The notes under the pieces: model-generated
What the model saw: only the letters and a program-made list of their open reading frames with translations
Told to the model about the DNA's origin: nothing
The model's database searches: none
Made by a program: the position numbers and the translations under genes
Shown here: positions 28,690-64,000 of the stretch, piece by piece
Layout: each line of letters opens with the position of its first letter
How positions within the stretch are numbered: position 1 is the stretch's first letter
Assembly (NCBI GenBank): GCA_028826165.1
Contig: JAPDFW010000107.1
Location: 144,496 to 208,495 of the forward strand
Length of the DNA: 64,000 nucleotides
Reading direction: 5' to 3'
DNA from: Anaeramoeba ignava BMAN
Taxonomy: Eukaryota; Protista; Anaeramoebae

Positions 28690-29840
28690 ATAAAAGTAAT
28701 TTATTTATAATTATTATTTTACACATAAATTATTTATCTAAATTATTTAAATAATCAAAATATTTATAAATTATTTATTAATATTATTTAATTTCAATTT
28801 ATTTTATTTATTAAAAAAAAAGGAAAAAAACAAATTAAAAAATTAAAAAATAATTAAATTAAAAATATAAAATTATTATTTTAAACATAAATTATTTATC
28901 TAAATTATTTAAATAATCAAAATATTTATAAATTATTTATTAATATTATTTAATTTCAATTTATTTTATTTATTAAAAAAAGGAAAAAACACAAATTAAA
29001 AATTAAAAATTAATTAAATTAAATTAAAAATATTAAATTAATATTTTACACATAAATTATTTATCTAAATTATTTAAATAATCAAAATATTTATAAATTA
29101 TTTATTAATATTATTTAATTTCAATTTATTTTATTTATTAAAAAAAGGAAAAAACAGAAATTAAAAATTAAAAATAATTAAATTAAAAATATTAAATTAT
29201 TATTTTACACATAAATTATTTATCTAAATTATTTAAATAATCAAAATATTTATAAATTATTTATTAATATTATTTAATTTCAATTTATTTTTATTTATTA
29301 AAAAAACATATTAAAAATTAAAAAGTAATTAAATTAAAAATATTAAATTATTATTTTACACATAAATTATTTATCTAATTTATTTAAATAATCAAAATAT
29401 TTATAAATTATTTATTAATATTATTTAATTTCAATTTATTTTATTTATTAAAAAAAAGAAAAAACAAAATAAATAATTAAAAATAATTAAATTAAAAATA
29501 TTAAATTATTATTTTAAACATAAATTATTTATCTAATTTATTTAAATAATCAAAATATTTATAAATTATTAATTAAAATTATTTAATTTCAATTTATTTT
29601 ATTTATTAAAAAAAAAGAAAAAAAATAATTAATTAAAAAATAATTAAATTAAAATTATTAAATTATTATTTTAAACATAAATTATTTATCTAAATTATTT
29701 AAATAATCAAAATATTTATAAATTATTAATTAATATTATTTAATTTTTAATTTATTTTATTTATTAAAAATTTAAAAAAAAAATTATTTATCTAAATTAT
29801 TTAAATAATCAAAATATTTATAACTTATTTATTAAAATTA
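28690..29840. repeat. ~160-bp tandem repeat, ~7 units, directly upstream of the kinase ATG
   Basis: Anchor CATAAATTATTTATCTAA...AATCAAAATATTTATAA recurs at ~28724, 28886, 29051, 29210, 29361, 29519 and 29676. Confidence 0.9.
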
Positions 29841-29868
29841 TATCTTTTTTACATCAGTTTCTTGAAAA

Positions 29869-32591
29869 ATGGAAAAACCAGAAATTTGTCCAATATGCTT
29901 CCAAAATTATTCACAAGAAAGAAAACCAATGATTATTTGCCAAAAAAGCCACAATATTTGTTCTCATTGTGTTAAAACACTTAACAGTTGCCCTTTTTGT
30001 AAAAGTTCATTTAATAAATTCCAACCATTTCCAAATTCTATTTTATTGAAATTTGTTGAAGCAATCCAAAAGAAACCAGAGGAGCAAATCATCCCTTTCA
30101 TCCCATTATCAGAATTAGAAGTTGAACCAAAACCATTTGCAGTGGGAGGATCAGCTCAAATTTTCAAAGCAAAATGGAAAGAAAAAGATGTTGTTATCAA
30201 AAGAATGAATACAATTTATGATCAAAAAGAAAAACAACAAATTGAAAATGAAATAAAATTATCAATGAATTTATCAGATCCCTTAATTATCAAAACATAT
30301 GGAAAAACTGAAATTGACAATATGATTGGAATTGTCATAGAATTTGCAGAACAAGGGGATTTATTACACAAAATTCCATATTTAACATTTGAAGAACAAA
30401 TTGATTACTCATTACAAATTATTGAAGGAATAGAACTTTTACATTCAAATTTAATTATTCATCGTGATTTGAAACCTGAAAATATCTTAATATCAAATAA
30501 TCAACCAAAAATTTCAGATTTTGGAATTTCAAAAATAAGAGAACACACTTTACAAGTTACTTCAGCGATAATTTCATTTGGATACTCTGCTCCAGAACTT
30601 TTTCAAAAAGGAAGTTTTTATGATACATCTTGTGATATTTACAGTTTATCAATGATTTTATATGAAATTTTCTCAAAGAAACAAGCCTTTGAAAATCACA
30701 CTCCTCAGATGATCATTTTTAAATCAATGAAAGGAGAAAGACCTGAATTTCCACAAGATTTCCCCAAAGAATTATCTGAAGTAATTAAAAAAGGATGGAG
30801 TTCAAATCCAAAAGAAAGATGTTCATTGAATGAATTTACTAAATGTTTGAATATGATGAAATCTCAAAGTAATTTTAATTTTTTAATCAAAATCAAAACC
30901 AAAATTAATTTATTCAAAATTTTGTTTTCAAATAGATCAAAGGCAACCCAAGAAAACAAATCAACAAAAAACAAGACACTCAACGATTTTTTCAAAACCC
31001 AATTCAAGAAATCAAAAAGGTCAATCAATGAATTTCAATTCTACGTCATTTACACAGCAATTTTCCCATTTGGAAAAGATAGAACAAGATTTCAAACAAA
31101 AATTTGATGTTCCTGATATTGTAAATTATTCAATTTTTTTTAAAACAAAAAAATGAAAGAAAATTGGTTGAGAGAATGATTCAATTTAAAATAATTTCTG
31201 GAATTATCCTAAAACAATTTTTAATTCAAACAAATTTTCCTTTATTCATTTATTTCAAAACGAAATTCAAATTTAGAAAATCCCACAATTTCCTGATTCA
31301 CAAGAAAATATCTACAGTAAATTAAAAGGAAAAGTGGAAAATCTAGAAAAAGAAAAACAAGAAAAACAAAAATTAGAACAAGAAAAACAAGAAGCCTTAC
31401 AAACTCTTCAACCCTATTTTGAAAAACTTAAAAATTCAATTGAAGAAAATGATAAAGGTATAATTTTTTTTTCAATTTTAAAAACAAAACAACAATTTCT
31501 TCATATAATTTTTAATAATCATAAAATTATAGATAAAACAAAAGAATTAATGGAAATTGACCTTTCTTTCATATTTCAATGTATGAAGAATTATCCAACA
31601 AATGAATTTATTCAAGAAAATTGTTGTTTAGCTTTAAGAAAATTTACTGATAAAGAAAAGGGTAAAATAATGATTTAATTCCTTTTTTAAATTTGATCAC
31701 ATTTTTTTAATTCATTTTTTTATTTAAATTTTTTAAAAAAAAATCTAAAATAAAATTAGTTGGAATTTCATTTAATCAAGGAAATTTGAATGGATTTTCT
31801 TTAATGATTAAAGCAATGGTTAATTTTCCATTTAACAGATTTCTTCAACTCCAATATTTTTTAGTTATTATAAATATTGGAAAAACAAGTGGTAAATCAA
31901 AAATTAAAATAAAAACAAAACAATCATTTTAAAAAATTTTTTTGAAGTCAACAAACAACAAATTGAAGAAAATTTTGGAATTGATACAATAATTTCAACA
32001 ATGGTTAATTTTACAAATAAAGATACTGAAATTTATAACAAAGGAATTGAAACTTTAGGAGTTCTAGGTTTAGACAGAAAAGGTAAATTTCTTTTCATAT
32101 TTATTATTTCACAAACAAAATACAAAAATTATTTTGATTGGATATAAATTTATTTCAATTTGAAAAACAAATATAAATATTAATTTTTATTAACTTTCAT
32201 AAAACAAAATAGAGATTCAAAAACTATTGAAAGAAAAGAAAAGTAAAATTAATTAAAACAACAAAACAACAAAATAATTTTTTTTATTAAAATCTTTCTA
32301 AATATAAAAAACAAATATAAATACAATTTAATTTAATTTAATTTAATTTAATTTTATTTTTGATTTAGAAATTGTTGAAAAAAGAGATGAAAAGAAATTA
32401 AAACCATTAAAGGAGGAATATAGAAAATCAAAACCTGTAAATAATACAACAAAAATTTATTTAATTTAATTTAAAAACAAATTTTCTTTTTTAAAAATTA
32501 ATTTCTATTTCTTTTTCTTTTTTTTCTTTTATTTTATTAGGGAAGAAAGGTTCATTTTTTTATTAATTCATTTCAAAATATAAAAATATAA
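29869..32591 (+). CDS. RING finger + TKL-type protein kinase + ARM-like repeats; exons 29869-30868, 30936-31120, 31277-31457, 31533-31661, 31760-31891, 31948-32082, 32213-32242, 32369-32436, 32541-(32549 or 32591); 3' end uncertain
   Basis: RING CPICFQ...[11 protein letters not shown]...CPFC. Kinase motifs [15 protein letters not shown] and APE. Downstream exons splice in phase and encode ARM-like segments ([22 protein letters not shown]; [13 protein letters not shown]; [12 protein letters not shown]). Confidence 0.88.
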
Positions 32592-33837
32592 AAACATAAT
32601 TTATTTCTTTTTATTTCAATTTTCATAAACTTCATATTATTTCATAAACAAAAAAAAAATTCAATATTTTCTCTCTATCATAATTATTTTCTCAAATCAT
32701 AATAATTCATTTTTTTTATTTTATTTCATTATTTTTCTTTGCCAAAAAAGAAAGAGAATAAAATTTTTTTAATTTAAAATTTAAAACTAACATAATATTT
32801 TTCATTTTTTTTGCATTAATAACTATTTTCTTTATTTTTGCCATTTTGGAAAAAAACAAACATATTTCTCTTTTCTCTTTCTCTTTTTTATTTTAGGAAT
32901 TAAATTAAATAAGATTTATTAATTTCAAAAAAAAATTGATTATTATTATTAATTTAATTTAATTTAATTTAATTTAATTTAATTTAATTTAATTTAATTT
33001 AATTTAAAAATAACAAATTATAATTTTTTTATTATTATATTATTTTCAAAATTTGAGAAAGTTGATAATAGAAACATTTATCAAATTAATTAAATTTCTT
33101 TTGGGAAAATTGAAATGATTAAATTTAAATTAATAATAAAAATAAAAGATTAGAAATATATTTATCAAAAAAAAAAACTAAATAATTCTTATATCAAAAA
33201 TTATTTGAAAACAAATTTGAAAATAAAGTTTGTTTTTTTTTCTTTCAAAATTTTATTATTAATTATTATTGATTAGATAAGAAATTAATAGAATTCAAGA
33301 ATGAAGAAAGATTAACAAAAAACAAAGAGATATTTGATTTCTTTTTTAATAATTATTTATTTTTATCAATAATAACTAAATTCAATTCTTTTTTTTATAA
33401 TAAAAAAATTGATAAAAAATTAAAGAAATAAAAAATAGATATTTATTTGATAAAATTAAATTTTCTCTTTTTGAAAAAAAAATTGAAATCAATAATAATA
33501 ATAAATATAATACTTTCTCTAATCATTTATTTTCCCAATTTATTTATATTTTCTTTTTTTGATTAGGATATAATTAATTTAAAATAATTTTTGTTTTTTT
33601 GATTATTAAATCTAAATTAAATTGTTTTTAATAACAGAAAATTTTAAATCTATTTTATTATTTGGAAATTTATTATTAAAAATCAAAAATATAAATTCAA
33701 TTTGAAAATTAATTTATTCATCAAAAAAATTTTTTTATTCATAATTAATAATCCAGATAATATCTTTATTTTCTTTTTCCAATAAATAAATAAATAAATT
33801 TTGTTTTTCATTTTTGATTTAATGAAAAATTAAAAAG

Positions 33838-62166
<28,329 letters not shown>

Positions 62167-64000
62167 GTAAATAAAATTTTGAAAAAAAAAACATACAAAA
62201 AAAAAGAAGAAAAAGAAAAAATAAGATATTTTTAAATTTAAATTTAAAATAAATTATTGAAGAAAACAAAATAAAAAAAAAGAATTGATTGATTATTAAT
62301 AGATTTATTTACATTTAATAAATTATTTAAAAAAGAAAATAAATTTCTCAATAATTTTCCTTTTATTTCCTTTTATACAAATTTTCTCAATTTTTTTTTT
62401 CTTAATCATATTAACATCAACTATTTATATTCAAAATTTAAGAAAAATCAAAAAATAAAATCAAAAAATCAAAAACAAAAAAAGAAAATCAAGAAAAGAA
62501 AAATAAAAAATTTTTTAAAGAAAATCAAATTTAAAAAGAGTTTTTGTTTATTTTATTTTATTGAATTTTATTTCTTTTTATTTTATAAGAGATTGAAGGA
62601 AAAAAATGTTATAAATTGGAGAAATTTAAAATTTGGAAATTTGTTAATTTTTCTTTTCTTTCAATTATTCTACTTTTTTTTTTAACAATTATCCTTTCTA
62701 ATTATATCTTTTTGATTTTATTTTTAACCTCAATATCTTAATCAATAAAAGGTTTTTATTTTTATTTTTTATTTTTTATTTTTTATTTTTTTATAAAAAT
62801 ATAGATATTCATATTTCAATTCTTTTATATTTTGTTTAATAGTTATTTTTTTGTTATTAGATTTTATCCAATGAATATTATTTTTAAAATATAATATAAT
62901 ATAATATTTGTAATATTCTTTCTCTAAATAATATAAGAAATATCTCAATAAATATCTAAAATGAGTATCTTTATAATTTAATGTTTTGAAACAAAATGTA
63001 TCAATTTATTGTGAAATATCAACTTAATATTCAATTTTGATTATATTTATTTTTCTAAAATTATAAACAAATATTTTAATTTGAAAACAAAAAAAAATCA
63101 AGAAAAACTTTTAATTTCATATTTTTTGTAAAATGAAATGTGAATTATTATTTAATTTTGATAATTATTTTCATTTTTAATATAATTATTATTCTTAATT
63201 TTCATTTAATTTTGATTATCATTATTATTATATATTTTTTTAATTATATTTTTTGATTTTGTTATAATAAAATATATATACAGGAAAAGAATAAAATTCT
63301 TGAAGAATTTCAATAACATTACTAAAGTTTAGATGTATAAATTTTTTTATAAACTCTATAAAATTAGTATATTCTTCTTTTAATATTAACCTAAATATTG
63401 TTAATCAATTAATTAATTAATTTAATTTTATATAAATTCATCTCTTTCTTCTTTTTTCTTTTTTCTTTTACAAATTTAATCTAATCAAAACTTGAAATAT
63501 TACAACCATAAAACATTTATTTCATGAGTTTTGTATTCCTTTCAAAATTAACTTCGAAACACAAGAATTTAAATTTTGAGAAAATGAAATGTGTAAAAAA
63601 AATATGAAAAAAATTTTTTTGATTTAATAATCAATTTATCTGTTTGATTATTATTAGTTAATTTAACATCTTCTAATTTAGATTGATTTTGAGAGAAAGA
63701 TAAATTGAAATTTTGAAATTTCTTTTCTTTTCTTTTTATCTTGGAATATTTAAGTTTTGTGATTAAATTTATTCATTTTCATTTTAACTTGAATTTTCAA
63801 TATAATAATTATAATTATAATTAGAATGATTTGAAGTAATTTATTGATATTTTTTACTTATTTGAGATTTTTTGTATTTTTTTTTTCCTTTTTTTTTTAA
63901 TTTAAAATTTGAGAAAGTTGTATAAAATGTAAAAATATTTCAGTATTCTTATAATTCTCCTTAATAAACATGAATTAAAAATTCTAAAATATTTTACTTC

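Noticed and set aside
30869-31107. C-terminal ~80 aa of the 412-aa kinase ORF
   Set aside because: Read-through of intron 30869-30935; the spliced frame continues differently.

Overview
Extremely AT-rich, intron-containing eukaryotic DNA with GT-AG introns and the standard code; the style resembles an anaerobic protist such as Anaeramoeba, but that is inference. The first ~19.4 kb holds six genes: a coiled-coil/RUN-domain protein, translin, CHFR, a BAG6-like protein, a CARMIL-like PH-LRR protein and an SH3/RasGEF protein. Several of their introns are inflated by simple repeats. 19.5-29.8 kb holds three tandem-repeat arrays, followed by a RING-TKL kinase-ARM gene. The apparently empty 33.8-62.2 kb region is a single plus-strand ankyrin-repeat gene invisible to the ORF track. 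Each repeat body is one phase-0 exon, and the beta-hairpin residues between repeats are encoded by single-codon (3-nt) microexons of the form AG|NNN|GTA. Four junctions carry exactly three microexons (K-D-G, K-D-G, K-F-G, K-Y-R); the first three rebuild the ankyrin consensus QD-x-x-G-xTPxH. One junction carries an array of at least 13 candidate codons (R, W, A, stop, H, P, D, W, D, F, Y, Y, D). This suggests splicing-based combinatorial diversification of an ankyrin binding surface. A PIF/Harbinger-ISL2EU-type DNA transposon is inserted inside that array. Splicing is inferred from sequence only; no transcript evidence is available.
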